Notes: generated by a model from the letters alone, not told the origin. DNA of 64,000 nucleotides from Escherichia coli (GCF_024502345.1 NZ_JALDNN010000001.1), one strand, 5' to 3'. Numbered from the stretch's first letter, positions 33,438-45,402 are shown. Numbers and translations: made by a program.

Positions 33438-34661
33438 TCATTTCGAGCCTAAACGAGTACAAGTAACAATCGATTCAACTCTCTCCCACCATGCCTGGTA
33501 GGCTTTACGCTGTTCTTCTAGATAATCACTCTTGTCATAAACTTGCCATACACCTGGCAGTTTATGACCGAGCATTATTTCAGCAATATGAGGCGCAGTA
33601 AGATCAGAAAAGTTTGTTCGTGCTGTTCGTCTCAAATCATGAAGAGACCAATGAGGAAATTGATACCCCAAACGCCGCCATGCGTACTGCATTAAATTGT
33701 AAGGCAGCGACTGCAATGATGTCCGACCAACTGGTTCCCTGCTTCCTTCCTTAGTAAAAAGCATATCGGAACCGTTGTTCATAGAGATAACGTATTTTAT
33801 AAGCTCTTCAACCGGTTCAATAATGGGCCGCTTTAGCGGTTCGCCTGTTATATCCCCTGTCTTATGTCGTTCTGGTGGTACAGTCCATATTTTATTAATG
33901 AAATCAAAATCGTCCACCTTGGCAGTAATTAGCTCTGAACTACGGCAACCAAAATGCAGCAATAGTTTAATGAAGGCCCGGTATTTAGGAACCATTCGAG
34001 AACCATCGATCGCAGCATAAAGGATTTTAATTTCATCATGTGTCAGAAACCGTTTCTTCTGACCTTTACGGATATCCATATCTTTACCCGTGATATCCGA
34101 CAGCGGGCGAGTTTCAATGAGCTTTCTCTTATACGCCCAGACATGGGCCTGCTTTGCGTTAATTAGCAATCGGTCTGCTATTGCTGGAGTCTTAGTGCTA
34201 AGAGGCTCCAGGACTTCTAACCAATCATGCAATGTAGCTGCATCGTGAGGGATATTCCCGATTTTAGAGAACAGGTGCAGCTCAAACGAGCGGAGTATCT
34301 GTTCAGAACCTTTTTTATTTTTTACACAATATGCTTCATACCAAGCACGGATCACAGATTCTACCGTCATGGCTTCAGTAGCTTTACGTTTTTCTGCCAG
34401 CTTGACCAATCGTGGATTGCGGTTTGACTCGAGTTCACCACGAAGACGGATAACTTCTTCTCTGGCCTCTTTTAGTCCAGTTGCCGGGTAAGTTCCGATA
34501 TCAAGACGCTCACCTTTCCCCGCCCACTGATAACGATATTGGAACACTACGCGACCTTTCGGTGATACTCTAACAGACAGACCATCACGATCGGATTTAA
34601 CCAAAACCTTATCACGTTCCTTTCCAAGGACTGAACGCAACCACGCATCAGACAGCGCCAT
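33438..34661 (-). CDS. int: Tyrosine integrase, P4-type
   Basis: 407 aa; N-terminal DUF4102-like arm-binding region (MALSDAWLRSVLGK...GLSVRVSPKGRVVFQYRYQ), C-terminal catalytic region with HDLRRT...LGHK. Confidence 0.9.
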   Translation of the reverse strand: MALSDAWLRSVLGKERDKVLVKSDRDGLSVRVSPKGRVVFQYRYQWAGKGERLDIGTYPATGLKEAREEVIRLRGELESNRNPRLVKLAEKRKATEAMTVESVIRAWYEAYCVKNKKGSEQILRSFELHLFSKIGNIPHDAATLHDWLEVLEPLSTKTPAIADRLLINAKQAHVWAYKRKLIETRPLSDITGKDMDIRKGQKKRFLTHDEIKILYAAIDGSRMVPKYRAFIKLLLHFGCRSSELITAKVDDFDFINKIWTVPPERHKTGDITGEPLKRPIIEPVEELIKYVISMNNGSDMLFTKEGSREPVGRTSLQSLPYNLMQYAWRRLGYQFPHWSLHDLRRTARTNFSDLTAPHIAEIMLGHKLPGVWQVYDKSDYLEEQRKAYQAWWERVESIVTCTRLGSK

Positions 34662-34669
34662 TACTCACC

Positions 34670-34729
34670 TTGTACAAATAACAAAAAACCTCTGCTGTTT
34701 TGTACATTATGTACAAGCACATGTACAGA
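34670..34729. promoter_or_regulatory. Cluster of four (A/T)TGTACA(A/G) repeats beside int, candidate arm-type sites
   Basis: TTGTACAAA, TTGTACATT, ATGTACAAG, ATGTACAGA within 60 bp of the int start. Confidence 0.45.
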
Positions 34730-34884
34730 TTTTTGATGAAAGTAACCTGATCAATTTAAAGTTACATGAAAGAATTTTCAATCAAAGAAATCACATAACA
34801 TCATGTTATTAAATGAGTTATATAATTATCACTCAATTAATCGAAAGGATTTTGAAAGAGTAAAAGAGCTTTTATTTGGGCTTA

Positions 34885-34956
34885 ATTATTGGGGTGAGAA
34901 ATAATGGCAAAAGTGCGGCGCTTCGCCACCTCTTGCAAATAAGGAGACAACGTCAT
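34885..34956 (-). pseudogene. prfC: Displaced ancestral 5' end of prfC ([22 protein letters not shown] then stop)
   Basis: Reverse complement encodes the remembered K-12 RF3 N-terminus for 22 codons, then runs into island sequence and stops. Confidence 0.8.
34892..34905. repeat. attR core: second copy of GGGTGAGAAATAAT
   Basis: Identical to 18098..18111. Confidence 0.7.
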
Positions 34957-35046
34957 AATTCTTTCTTCTTGAGTAAGCGGCATCGCGCCGCGCTTGTTGA
35001 AAACGAAAAATTGCGGCTATTTTACCCATCAACGGGGGGGAGGCAA

Positions 35047-35724
35047 TCAGTGTTTACACAGGAGCTGCTCCAGTTCGTGCAACGAAGAAACGGTCCAGGT
35101 GGGTGCGATGCCTTCTGGTTGCTCGCGATGGTGCGCATTCAGCCAGCAGGTCGCAAGCCCGGCGTTGATGCCACCGAGAATATCGGACTCGGCAGTGTCG
35201 CCAACCATCAGCACGCGTGAACGGTCAGGATTGCCCGCCTGTTCCAGCGCATAATCGAAAATTTTCTTATTCGGTTTGGCAACGCCAACTTCTTCGGAAA
35301 TCACCAGCAAATCGAAGTAATCACGCAGGCCCGTGCGTTCCAGACGCACTTGCTGCAAGGCGCTAAAGCCGTTGGTGATGATGCCGATTTTGGCGTTGCC
35401 ACAAATGGCGTTAAGCAGAGAAACCGCGCCCGGCAGCGGCGTACAGATTTCCGCCATCGCATTAATAAAGGCTTCGTTGAGTTTACCTGGCTCGACGTTC
35501 AGCCGTTCGGCCCAGCTCTCAAACCGCCCGTGCTGAAGCTGTAATGAAGTGATCGCGCCGTTTTGATAATCCACCCACAGTGGCTTGTTAACGGCCTGAT
35601 AGTCCTGAAAATCTTCAGCGGTAAAGGTGACGCTGTAATCAAGAAACATCCGCTGCAGGCCGGTGAATGAGTCAAAGGTAAACAGCGTTTCATCGGCATC
35701 AAAGAAAATCCAGTCCCACTTCAT
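35047..35724 (-). CDS. yjjG: HAD-family pyrimidine 5'-nucleotidase YjjG
   Basis: 225 aa [15 protein letters not shown]... HAD motif I. Confidence 0.9.
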   Translation of the reverse strand: MKWDWIFFDADETLFTFDSFTGLQRMFLDYSVTFTAEDFQDYQAVNKPLWVDYQNGAITSLQLQHGRFESWAERLNVEPGKLNEAFINAMAEICTPLPGAVSLLNAICGNAKIGIITNGFSALQQVRLERTGLRDYFDLLVISEEVGVAKPNKKIFDYALEQAGNPDRSRVLMVGDTAESDILGGINAGLATCWLNAHHREQPEGIAPTWTVSSLHELEQLLCKH

Positions 35725-35738
35725 TATTCCACCTTGTA

Positions 35739-36185
35739 TTACATACTGATTGGCAACGCCATGATGATGGCGTCTTCGCGACCGTCCGTGGTGGGGTAGT
35801 AATTGCGGCGAATCGTCGCCTCGTTAAAGCCTAAACTTTCGTACAGGGCAATGGCGGCAGCATTTGAAGCACGGACTTCCAGCCATAGTGTCGCCACGCC
35901 GCGTTTTTCCAGTTCGTCGATCAGATGTTCCAGCAGCGCCCTTCCCAATCCCTGACGCTGATAGTCAGGATCGACCGCAATATTGAACAATGTAGCTTCA
36001 TCCAGCACCACTTGCGTAATCGCAAACGCCGCCATTTTGCCGTTTTGCGTTAACTGAAAGTTGAGATAACGCTCGCCCTGGTTGCTGGCAAACGTTTTTT
36101 CACTCCACGGAAAGGCGTGGGCGCGTTGTTCAATGTGGTAAGCCGCTGGTAAATCAGTCGTTTCGAGGGAAGAAATCGTGTTCAT
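35739..36185 (-). CDS. rimI: Ribosomal protein S18 alanine N-acetyltransferase
   Basis: 148 aa GNAT fold, matches RimI. Confidence 0.9.
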   Translation of the reverse strand: MNTISSLETTDLPAAYHIEQRAHAFPWSEKTFASNQGERYLNFQLTQNGKMAAFAITQVVLDEATLFNIAVDPDYQRQGLGRALLEHLIDELEKRGVATLWLEVRASNAAAIALYESLGFNEATIRRNYYPTTDGREDAIIMALPISM

Positions 36186-36567
36186 ATGTGCAAATTTGTT
36201 GCCATAACGCGGCGCGTGCCGTTGGGTTTGCCCGTAAATCGGTGAGCGCCGGTGATGCCACCTGAGCGCCTTCCAGTGATAGCGGTTCGTCAGTACCCAA
36301 CCGCCAGCTGTTGCAGCGACTGCCTTGCGGCAGCATCGCGATTTTTTCTGGCGTCAGTTGCAGCACTTGATCGGGGCTGACGGTTAATGCGCGCAGAACA
36401 TCGCTCACTAAAGGATCAGTCAGGGCGGGAAGATCGTTTGCCACCATCACCAGACGGACGTGTGCCGGGATCGCAATGGCAATCTCCCCCTGCAACGCGC
36501 CAGGGCGACGCAGCGACCACTGGGTAATGCCCAGTTGCTGTAACTGCCAGTCTCGTCGGGATGTCAT
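36154..36567 (-). CDS. holD: DNA polymerase III psi subunit
   Basis: 137 aa MTSRRDWQLQQLGITQW... Confidence 0.9.
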   Translation of the reverse strand: MTSRRDWQLQQLGITQWSLRRPGALQGEIAIAIPAHVRLVMVANDLPALTDPLVSDVLRALTVSPDQVLQLTPEKIAMLPQGSRCNSWRLGTDEPLSLEGAQVASPALTDLRANPTARAALWQQICTYEHDFFPRND

Positions 36568-36669
36568 AGCGAATCGCTCCTGTTGTCAGGGGCGCAAATA
36601 TAGCAAATTCGTCGATACCGCGCCAACATATGGCTATAATCGCCGCCAGTATCAATTGAGGAGCATTCC

Positions 36670-37701
36670 ATGTCTGCATTTACCCCGGCAAGTGAAGTCT
36701 TGCTGCGTCACAGTGATGATTTCGAACAAAGCCGTATTCTGTTTGCCGGAGACTTACAGGATGACCTGCCCGCGCGTTTAGATACCGCGGCCAGCCGTGC
36801 TCATACCCAGCAATTCCACCACTGGCAGGTGTTAAGCCGCCAGATGGGGGATAACGCCCGTTTTAGTCTGGTCGCCACGGCGGATGACGTCGCAGATTGC
36901 GATACGCTGATTTACTACTGGCCGAAGAACAAACCGGAAGCCCAGTTCCAGTTGATGAATTTACTTTCTCTGCTGCCGGTGGGGACGGATATTTTTGTCG
37001 TTGGCGAGAACCGCAGCGGCGTGCGCAGCGCCGAGCAGATGCTGGCAGATTATGCGCCGTTGAATAAAGTCGACAGCGCTCGTCGCTGTGGACTCTATTT
37101 TGGTCGTCTGGAAAAACAGCCAGTATTTGATGCGGATAAATTCTGGGGCGAATACAGCGTCGATGGCCTGACGGTCAAAACGCTGCCTGGCGTGTTTAGC
37201 CGCGACGGTCTGGATGTCGGTAGCCAGTTGCTGCTCTCGACGTTAACTCCGCACACGAAAGGTAAAGTGCTGGATGTCGGCTGTGGCGCGGGTGTGCTTT
37301 CAGTTGCCTTTGCGCGCCATTCGCCGAAAATTCGTCTCACCTTGTGCGATGTCTCTGCCCCGGCGGTAGAAGCCAGCCGCGCAACACTTGCGGCCAACGG
37401 TGTTGAAGGTGAAATCTTTGCCAGCAACGTCTTTTCCGAGGTGAAAGGTCGTTTTGATATGATCATCTCCAACCCGCCGTTCCACGATGGGATGCAAACC
37501 AGCCTGGATGCGGCGCAAACGCTGATTCGCGGCGCGGTGCGTCATCTTAATAGCGGCGGCGAGCTGCGAATTGTAGCGAACGCCTTCCTGCCTTACCCGG
37601 ACGTGCTGGATGAGACATTTGGCTTCCATGAAGTTATCGCGCAAACCGGGCGCTTCAAGGTGTATCGCGCCATTATGACCCGCCAGGCGAAGAAAGGTTA
37701 A
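36670..37701 (+). CDS. rsmC: 16S rRNA m2G1207 methyltransferase
   Basis: 343 aa; SAM-binding [11 protein letters not shown] and NPPFH motif. Confidence 0.92.
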   Translation: MSAFTPASEVLLRHSDDFEQSRILFAGDLQDDLPARLDTAASRAHTQQFHHWQVLSRQMGDNARFSLVATADDVADCDTLIYYWPKNKPEAQFQLMNLLSLLPVGTDIFVVGENRSGVRSAEQMLADYAPLNKVDSARRCGLYFGRLEKQPVFDADKFWGEYSVDGLTVKTLPGVFSRDGLDVGSQLLLSTLTPHTKGKVLDVGCGAGVLSVAFARHSPKIRLTLCDVSAPAVEASRATLAANGVEGEIFASNVFSEVKGRFDMIISNPPFHDGMQTSLDAAQTLIRGAVRHLNSGGELRIVANAFLPYPDVLDETFGFHEVIAQTGRFKVYRAIMTRQAKKG

Positions 37702-37709
37702 TTATCTCG

Positions 37710-37850
<141 letters not shown>

Positions 37851-37968
37851 TCCTGATGGACATTTTTCCAGCAATTACACATCAGGCGATAATTAACTAT
37901 TGACGAAAAGCTGAAAACCACTAGAATGCGCCTCCGTGGTAGCAATTCTTTTTAAGAATTGATGGTAT

Positions 37969-38055
37969 GCGAAGGTGGCGGAATTGGTAGACGCGCTAGC
38001 TTCAGGTGTTAGTGTCCTTACGGACGTGGGGGTTCAAGTCCCCCCCCTCGCACCA
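37969..38055 (+). tRNA. leuQ: tRNA-Leu (anticodon CAG), copy 1
   Basis: GCGAAGGTGGCGGAATTGGTAGACGCGCTAGCTTCAGGTG...CTCGCACCA with long variable arm and CCA end; paralog name by position. Confidence 0.9.
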
Positions 38056-38083
38056 AAAACCACGTTGATATTGCTCGCACTGG

Positions 38084-38170
38084 GCGAAGGTGGCGGAATT
38101 GGTAGACGCGCTAGCTTCAGGTGTTAGTGTTCTTACGGACGTGGGGGTTCAAGTCCCCCCCCTCGCACCA
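38084..38170 (+). tRNA. leuP: tRNA-Leu (CAG), copy 2, with one variant base in the variable arm
   Basis: Same as copy 1 except GTGTTCTTACGG instead of GTGTCCTTACGG. Confidence 0.85.
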
Positions 38171-38204
38171 AACGAGGCGATATCAAAAAAAGTAAGATGA
38201 CTGT

Positions 38205-38291
38205 GCGAAGGTGGCGGAATTGGTAGACGCGCTAGCTTCAGGTGTTAGTGTCCTTACGGACGTGGGGGTTCAAGTCCCCCCCCTCGCACCA
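38205..38291 (+). tRNA. leuV: tRNA-Leu (CAG), copy 3
   Basis: Identical to copy 1. Confidence 0.9.
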
Positions 38292-38329
38292 ATTATCTTT
38301 ACTTCCTTTCTTGTTTCTTCCCTGTTTTG

Positions 38330-38566
38330 TCATCCCTGATTCAAATTCATTATCATCAGCATGATGCCAGCAATAAGCGCCAGGCACGATGGTAGCAAAA
38401 TGTAATGCCGCAACTGTTTGTGATACAGCATCACCGGCGTCAATACTAATCCCATCAGAATTACAATCCGCCACTGATCCGGCGATAAATCCGCATACAT
38501 CAGCCCTGCAATCAGCAATCCCGGCAGCAACACTCCCCAGCCACTGCCCAGCGTACGTTGCAACAT
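38330..38566 (-). CDS. yjjZ: Small membrane protein YjjZ
   Basis: 78 aa from MLQRTLGSGWGVLLPGLLIAGLMY... Confidence 0.7.
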   Translation of the reverse strand: MLQRTLGSGWGVLLPGLLIAGLMYADLSPDQWRIVILMGLVLTPVMLYHKQLRHYILLPSCLALIAGIMLMIMNLNQG

Positions 38567-38706
38567 GGTTTCATCTCTTTCATTGATAATGATAACCAAT
38601 ATCATATGATAATTCTTATCATTTGCAAGCCAGAGAAATCCCTTGCTATCGGGTAAACCTATCGCTAGGATTAGCAATCATTATCATTTAGATTACTATC
38701 CCGATT

Positions 38707-39495
38707 ATGGCCTATCGTTCCGCACCGCTCTATGAAGATGTCATCTGGCGAACACATCTCCAGCCGCAGGATGCTGGGCTTGCACAAGCCGTACGGGCGA
38801 TGATCGCCAAACATCGTGAACATTTGCTCGAGTTTATCCGCCTGGATGAACCCGCTCCGCTTAACGCCATGACGCTGGCGCAATGGTCATCACCGAATGC
38901 GCTAAGTTCTCTACTGGCGGTCTATTCCGATCATATCTATCGCAACCAACCAACGATGATCCGCGAGAACAAACCGCTGATCTCACTATGGGCACAATGG
39001 TATATCGGCCTGATGGTGCCACCATTAATGCTGGCGCTACTGACGCAGGAAAAGGCATTAGATGTGTCGCCGGAACATTTCCATGCTGAGTTTCACGAAA
39101 CCGGACGCGTCGCCTGTTTCTGGGTCGATGTGTGTGAAGATAAAAACGCAACACCACATTCGCCGCAGCATCGAATGGAAACGTTAATCAGCCAGGCGCT
39201 GGTTCCGGTTGTGCAAGCACTAGAAGCGACCGGAGAGATCAACGGCAAACTTATCTGGAGTAATACCGGTTATTTGATCAACTGGTATCTCACTGAGATG
39301 AAGCAACTGCTCGGCGAGGCTACTGTTGAATCGCTGCGTCATGCCCTCTTTTTTGAGAAAACGCTCACGAACGGTGAAGATAATCCACTCTGGCGTACCG
39401 TGGTGCTACGCGACGGCCTGCTGGTGCGCCGCACTTGCTGCCAGCGTTATCGCTTACCGGATGTGCAGCAATGTGGCGATTGTACGCTGAAATGA
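38707..39495 (+). CDS. fhuF: Ferric-siderophore reductase FhuF (2Fe-2S)
   Basis: 262 aa; C-terminal CCQRYRLPDVQQCGDC cluster. Confidence 0.9.
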   Translation: MAYRSAPLYEDVIWRTHLQPQDAGLAQAVRAMIAKHREHLLEFIRLDEPAPLNAMTLAQWSSPNALSSLLAVYSDHIYRNQPTMIRENKPLISLWAQWYIGLMVPPLMLALLTQEKALDVSPEHFHAEFHETGRVACFWVDVCEDKNATPHSPQHRMETLISQALVPVVQALEATGEINGKLIWSNTGYLINWYLTEMKQLLGEATVESLRHALFFEKTLTNGEDNPLWRTVVLRDGLLVRRTCCQRYRLPDVQQCGDCTLK

Positions 39496-39532
39496 AAGCA
39501 CTGCCGGGGAAGTAAACCCGGCATCATGCGGA

Positions 39533-40210
39533 TTAATAGGGATGCAACACATTACTTGTTTCGCAATGCCGCATACATAACAGAATATCTGCGGCCTCCA
39601 ACAACCCTGCGTCAGAACTGACGCCCAGTTTCGACATCACATTAAATTTATGTGCACGGATCGTTTTGATATTGCGTTTAAGCTGCTCGGCAATTTGTGT
39701 CATTGAGTAGCCACGCGACATAAAGCGCAATATTTCTCTCTCCGTCGGGCTTAACGTCCGGCTTTGGTTAATGTACCACTGATTGTTCAGTCGGTCGGTC
39801 GCCTGACGTACACCATTTAATGACAAAAAGAGTTCCTGATGAAAAATCTCCAGCGTTGACGCTTTACTTAATACACCGTCCAGCGGTGATGGCGACAATG
39901 AACCAATCAGCCGAGCTTCAATATCATCATCCGCAATAACTAAACGCCGGGTACGCGGAAACTTAATCGCCAGTTCAGTCAGGCAAGATAATCCCTCTCT
40001 GCGCTCACTTCTCATGGCAGAAAAAGAAAAAATGACCGCCGCAAACGAGATCCGCGACATGGCATCCTGAAATGACTCCTGACTGGTATAGGTATGGAGC
40101 TTATAAGGGTTGCCCGCAAACTTTCTGAATAAACTCTCAATACCGATACTACTCATGACGCATTTTTCTATGAGTGCGACATTTCTCTTCTTAATTCGGC
40201 AGTGTTCCAT
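39533..40210 (-). CDS. bglJ: LuxR/FixJ-family transcriptional regulator BglJ
   Basis: 225 aa; C-terminal LuxR HTH ([25 protein letters not shown]...). Confidence 0.88.
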   Translation of the reverse strand: MEHCRIKKRNVALIEKCVMSSIGIESLFRKFAGNPYKLHTYTSQESFQDAMSRISFAAVIFSFSAMRSERREGLSCLTELAIKFPRTRRLVIADDDIEARLIGSLSPSPLDGVLSKASTLEIFHQELFLSLNGVRQATDRLNNQWYINQSRTLSPTEREILRFMSRGYSMTQIAEQLKRNIKTIRAHKFNVMSKLGVSSDAGLLEAADILLCMRHCETSNVLHPY

Positions 40211-40371
40211 TCTGCGGCATCTCCATAAACAGAAGGCAAGTTAAGTTCTCTTGCACCCTGCGCGCTATTTATCCATGCATACATTTCAGCGTTGCTGTGA
40301 ATTGCCAGTCGACGCATCGCACTGTTTTTTTGGGCGCTGATAGTTTTATTACTTTTCTTAAGCAATGAAGC

Positions 40372-41592
40372 TGTAGATTCAATTGGTCAACGCAACAGTT
40401 ATGTGAAAACATGGGGTTGCGGAGGTTTTTTGAATGAGACGAACATTTACAGCAGAGGAAAAAGCCTCTGTTTTTGAACTATGGAAGAACGGAACAGGCT
40501 TCAGTGAAATAGCGAATATCCTGGGTTCAAAACCCGGAACGATCTTCACTATGTTAAGGGATACTGGCGGCATAAAACCCCATGAGCGTAAGCGGGCTGT
40601 AGCTCACCTGACACTGTCTGAGCGCGAGGAGATACGAGCTGGTTTGTCAGCCAAAATGAGCATTCGTGCGATAGCTACTGCGCTGAATCGCAGTCCTTCG
40701 ACGATCTCACGTGAAGTTCAGCGTAATCGGGGCAGACGCTATTACAAAGCTGTTGATGCTAATAACCGAGCCAACAGAATGGCGAAAAGGCCAAAACCGT
40801 GCTTACTGGATCAAAATTTACCATTGCGAAAGCTTGTTCTGGAAAAGCTGGAGATGAAATGGTCTCCAGAGCAAATATCAGGATGGTTAAGGCGAACAAA
40901 ACCACGTCAAAAAACGCTGCGAATATCACCTGAGACAATTTATAAAACGCTGTACTTTCGTAGCCGTGAAGCGCTACACCACCTGAATATACAGCATCTG
41001 CGACGGTCGCATAGCCTTCGCCATGGCAGGCGTCATACCCGCAAAGGCGAAAGAGGTACGATTAACATAGTGAACGGAACACCAATTCACGAACGTTCCC
41101 GAAATATCGATAACAGACGCTCTCTGGGGCATTGGGAGGGCGATTTAGTCTCAGGTACAAAAAACTCTCATATAGCCACACTTGTAGACCGAAAATCACG
41201 TTATACGATCATCCTTAGACTCAGGGGCAAAGATTCTGTCTCAGTAAATCAGGCTCTTACCGACAAATTCCTGAGTTTACCGTCAGAACTCAGAAAATCA
41301 CTGACATGGGACAGAGGAATGGAACTGGCCAGACATCTAGAATTTACTGTCAGCACCGGCGTTAAAGTTTACTTCTGCGATCCTCAGAGTCCTTGGCAGC
41401 GGGGAACAAATGAGAACACAAATGGGCTAATTCGGCAGTACTTTCCTAAAAAGACATGTCTTGCCCAATATACTCAACATGAACTAGATCTGGTTGCTGC
41501 TCAGCTAAACAACAGACCGAGAAAGACACTGAAGTTCAAAACACCGAAAGAGATAATTGAAAGGGGTGTTGCATTGACAGATTGAATCTACA
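40372..41592 (+). mobile_element. IS30 insertion sequence (1221 bp)
   Basis: Terminal inverted repeats TGTAGATTCAATTGGTCAACGCAACAG / ...GTTGCATTGACAGATTGAATCTACA; candidate 2-bp target duplication GC. Confidence 0.9.
40434..41585 (+). CDS. insI: IS30 transposase
   Basis: 383 aa [31 protein letters not shown]...; length and sequence match IS30 Tnp. Confidence 0.92.
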   Translation: MRRTFTAEEKASVFELWKNGTGFSEIANILGSKPGTIFTMLRDTGGIKPHERKRAVAHLTLSEREEIRAGLSAKMSIRAIATALNRSPSTISREVQRNRGRRYYKAVDANNRANRMAKRPKPCLLDQNLPLRKLVLEKLEMKWSPEQISGWLRRTKPRQKTLRISPETIYKTLYFRSREALHHLNIQHLRRSHSLRHGRRHTRKGERGTINIVNGTPIHERSRNIDNRRSLGHWEGDLVSGTKNSHIATLVDRKSRYTIILRLRGKDSVSVNQALTDKFLSLPSELRKSLTWDRGMELARHLEFTVSTGVKVYFCDPQSPWQRGTNENTNGLIRQYFPKKTCLAQYTQHELDLVAAQLNNRPRKTLKFKTPKEIIERGVALTD

Positions 41593-42736
41593 GCTATCTG
41601 GTTGATGCCCCATCCTTTACCTAGTAGCCGCAGTACCTTGCGCTCTGAAAGAGTGAGAATGACGGAGCGATAGCTAAAATCATGAGTTTCAGTCATTGCC
41701 GGGGAGGTCAGCATGGTGCTGATACGCTCTGCGTGCGTATTGCCGGAACGTACGGTCTTGACCAGATTCTCAATGGGTTCAACATCAGACAATAACGTCG
41801 CCGTAGGGCACATGAGTAATTCTACTGCCTGGGAATACCAGGAGCGTGACACCATGAAAACCCAGTGAATTTCCCGATATTGTGAGATTAAAGAATAATA
41901 ATGTTCACAAACAGAACGTGGATCTTCACTTTCACCGGCTAAATCAGCAATGACTAATCCGGAACGACGTAATTGTAATAAGGTAAGGTTCTCCGCAGAG
42001 GCGCTGGATATTATTTCATATTCAGGGAAGTGAGTCCTCATGACCTCTTTTAACCCTGCTTGCATAACAGGTATTTTACTGATAACAATTCCATTTTTGC
42101 AGCATCCTGGCAACATATTTCCTCCACATCCACTGTCTAAAAATTATGATGGTTTATTCAGGATATTCATTCCTTAAATGTTTCCAGCAAATTAATAGAT
42201 TAAGCGAATAAATTATCCTTAGCATTCACTTTCATATCAGCATACTCCTGCTGCACAACAACTCCACTGCATGTGTCAGAAGGTTAGCATCAAATGATAA
42301 CCTGGTGAAATAGCCTGGAGACATTTAAAATATCTACATTAAGTTGTTAGGGATACTTAATGAAAAACAGAAATCACATTCATTTAATTTATAATTAAAT
42401 GATATCCCTTCCCGCAGAATGCGGGAATCACACAATCAATATTTATTCAATAAAATCTGATGATTTTAACTTGTTAACACTAAAAAACGCGCCCAGCTAT
42501 CTATTATCCTGACCCGTAAAGGCTAAAACAATAAATTCATTATAGTGATAATATTCATGTGATAGTTTGTTTGCGGCGAGAGATAATTCGCTTTTTATCA
42601 CCGAGCTTGTCCCGATAACCAGGATTAATCAGCGCAATTTTGATCTTAACCTACCGCAAAACAACCGTGCTTCATGATACAAATGGATTCTCATTATCTG
42701 AACAATACGCAGCACGTCTATGACAAAGGGCGAGTT

Positions 42737-43507
42737 ATGCAAACTGAGCAACAGCGAGCCGTAACACGGCTTTGTATCCAGTGTGGATTATTTCTTTTGC
42801 AACATGGTGCGGAAAGCGCGTTGGTTGATGAGCTTTCCTCACGACTGGGTCGGGCGCTGGGAATGGACAGTGTCGAAAGTTCTATCTCTTCGAACGCCAT
42901 AGTGCTGACAACTATTAAAGATGGGCAATGCCTGACATCGACACGTAAAAATCACGATCGCGGCATTAATATGCATGTGGTGACTGAAGTCCAGCACATT
43001 GTGATTCTTGCGGAGCATCATCTGCTGGATTACAAAGGCGTAGAGAAACGATTTAGCCAAATTCAGCCATTACGTTACCCAAGATGGCTGGTAGCCTTAA
43101 TGGTTGGCCTTTCTTGCGCCTGTTTCTGTAAACTCAGTAACGGTGGCTGGGATGGTGCCGTCATCACCTTCTTTGCCAGTACGACCGCGATGTATATCCG
43201 CCAGCTGCTGGCACAACGTCATCTTCATCCACAGATCAACTTTTGCCTTACCGCTTTCGCCGCCACCACCATTTCCGGATTGCTTTTGCAACTCCCCACT
43301 TTCAGCAATACCCCCACCATTGCGATGGCCGCCAGCGTTCTGCTGCTGGTGCCGGGCTTTCCGTTGATTAATGCCGTCGCCGATATGTTTAAAGGCCACA
43401 TCAATACCGGACTGGCACGCTGGGCGATCGCCAGTCTGCTGACACTGGCTACCTGCGTCGGCGTAGTGATGGCACTGACGATTTGGGGTCTACGCGGATG
43501 GGTGTGA
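42737..43507 (+). CDS. yjjP: Inner-membrane protein YjjP (ThrE-family exporter subunit)
   Basis: 256 aa from [24 protein letters not shown]... Confidence 0.85.
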
Positions 43508-43971
43508 TCGAATTTCTGTTAGCGTTGGCGCAGGATATGATCCTCGCCGCCATTCCTGCGGTCGGCTTTGCGATGGTGTTCAACGTTCCCGTGCGGGCGT
43601 TACGCTGGTGTGCGCTGCTTGGCTCGATAGGTCATGGTTCCCGAATGATCTTGATGACCAGCGGGTTGAATATTGAGTGGTCAACCTTTATGGCTTCGAT
43701 GCTGGTCGGTACCATTGGTATTCAATGGTCGCGCTGGTATCTGGCGCATCCGAAAGTGTTTACCGTGGCGGCCGTTATCCCTATGTTCCCGGGCATATCG
43801 GCTTATACCGCAATGATTTCGGCGGTAAAAATCAGCCAGTTAGGTTACAGCGAACCGTTGATGATTACCCTGTTAACCAACTTTCTTACAGCTTCATCGA
43901 TTGTTGGTGCGTTATCCATCGGTCTTTCCATTCCTGGATTATGGTTGTACCGCAAGCGCCCTCGCGTATAA
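43483..43971 (+). CDS. yjjB: Inner-membrane protein YjjB (partner of YjjP)
   Basis: Hydrophobic ~157-aa ORF overlapping the yjjP stop. Confidence 0.85.
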
Positions 43972-44077
43972 AATTGCCTCGCTTAAGCACACGGATGAGA
44001 GACAGCCTCCTCTCCTCCGTGTGTTACTATAAAAGTTATCTCCCTTCTCGTTCATCGTTCCATATTTGAGAAACAGT

Positions 44078-44617
44078 ATGTCTTCCAGAGTTTTGACCCC
44101 GGACGTCGTTGGTATTGACGCCCTGGTACACGATCACCAAACCGTTCTGGCAAAAGCTGAAGGCGGTGTGGTTGCCGTATTTGCTAACAATGCCCCGGCG
44201 TTTTATGCCGTCACGCCTGCACGCCTGGCTGAACTGCTGGCGCTGGAAGAAAAGCTGGCGCGTCCGGGAAGCGATGTCGATCTGGACGATCAACTCTATC
44301 AGGAACCGCAAGCCGCTCCCGTTGCTGTACCCATGGGGAAATTCGCCATGTATCCGGACTGGCAACCCGATGCCGACTTTATCCGCCTGGCGGCGCTATG
44401 GGGCGTGGCGCTAAGAGAGCCGGTGACCACCGAAGAACTGGCCTCATTCATTGCCTACTGGCAGGCGGAAGGTAAAGTCTTTCACCATGTGCAGTGGCAA
44501 CAAAAACTGGCGCGCAGCCTGCAAATCGGTCGTGCCAGCAACGGCGGACTGCCGAAACGAGATGTGAATACGGTCAGCGAACCTGACAGCCAAATTCCAC
44601 CAGGATTCAGAGGGTAA
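44078..44617 (+). CDS. dnaT: Primosomal protein DnaT
   Basis: 179 aa [21 protein letters not shown]... Confidence 0.92.
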   Translation: MSSRVLTPDVVGIDALVHDHQTVLAKAEGGVVAVFANNAPAFYAVTPARLAELLALEEKLARPGSDVDLDDQLYQEPQAAPVAVPMGKFAMYPDWQPDADFIRLAALWGVALREPVTTEELASFIAYWQAEGKVFHHVQWQQKLARSLQIGRASNGGLPKRDVNTVSEPDSQIPPGFRG

Positions 44618-44619
44618 CG

Positions 44620-45357
44620 ATGAAAAACGTTGGCGACCTGATGCAACGCCTGCAAAAAATGATGCCTGCCCATATCAAACCTGCATTCAAAACGGGTGAA
44701 GAGCTACTGGCCTGGCAGAAAGAACAAGGGGCGATCCGCTCCGCCGCTCTCGAACGTGAAAATCGGGCGATGAAAATGCAGCGCACCTTTAACCGCTCCG
44801 GTATTCGTCCACTGCATCAGAACTGCTCCTTTGAGAACTATCGCGTTGAGTGTGAAGGGCAGATGAATGCGTTAAGCAAAGCGCGCCAGTATGTTGAAGA
44901 ATTTGACGGCAACATCGCCAGCTTCATCTTTTCTGGCAAGCCAGGAACCGGTAAAAACCATCTGGCGGCGGCAATCTGCAACGAGCTGCTGCTACGCGGT
45001 AAATCCGTATTGATCATCACCGTGGCCGATATTATGTCGGCGATGAAAGATACCTTCAGGAATAGCGGAACCAGCGAAGAACAACTGCTTAACGATCTGA
45101 GCAACGTTGATCTGCTGGTGATCGATGAGATCGGCGTGCAGACCGAATCGAAATACGAAAAAGTGATCATCAACCAGATCGTCGATCGCCGCTCTTCTTC
45201 CAAACGCCCAACCGGGATGCTGACCAACAGTAATATGGAAGAGATGACCAAGTTGCTGGGCGAACGCGTGATGGACCGTATGCGCCTGGGTAACAGTTTG
45301 TGGGTGATCTTCAACTGGGATAGCTACCGTAGCCGTGTAACAGGTAAAGAGTATTAA
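44620..45357 (+). CDS. dnaC: Helicase loader DnaC
   Basis: 245 aa; Walker A GKPGTGKNHLAAAI. Confidence 0.93.
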   Translation: MKNVGDLMQRLQKMMPAHIKPAFKTGEELLAWQKEQGAIRSAALERENRAMKMQRTFNRSGIRPLHQNCSFENYRVECEGQMNALSKARQYVEEFDGNIASFIFSGKPGTGKNHLAAAICNELLLRGKSVLIITVADIMSAMKDTFRNSGTSEEQLLNDLSNVDLLVIDEIGVQTESKYEKVIINQIVDRRSSSKRPTGMLTNSNMEEMTKLLGERVMDRMRLGNSLWVIFNWDSYRSRVTGKEY

Positions 45358-45402
45358 TCCCCGTTTCTGGCGGTATACTGCGACACAATTCCACCTTGAG
45401 TA

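Larger units (their letters stand above)
40168..42116 (-). pseudogene. yjjQ: yjjQ (LuxR-family regulator) split by IS30
   Basis: N-terminal part [16 protein letters not shown]...GWGINQIA at 41593..42116 reads into the IS30 end; C-terminal part ...[31 protein letters not shown]... at 40168..40371. Confidence 0.85.
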
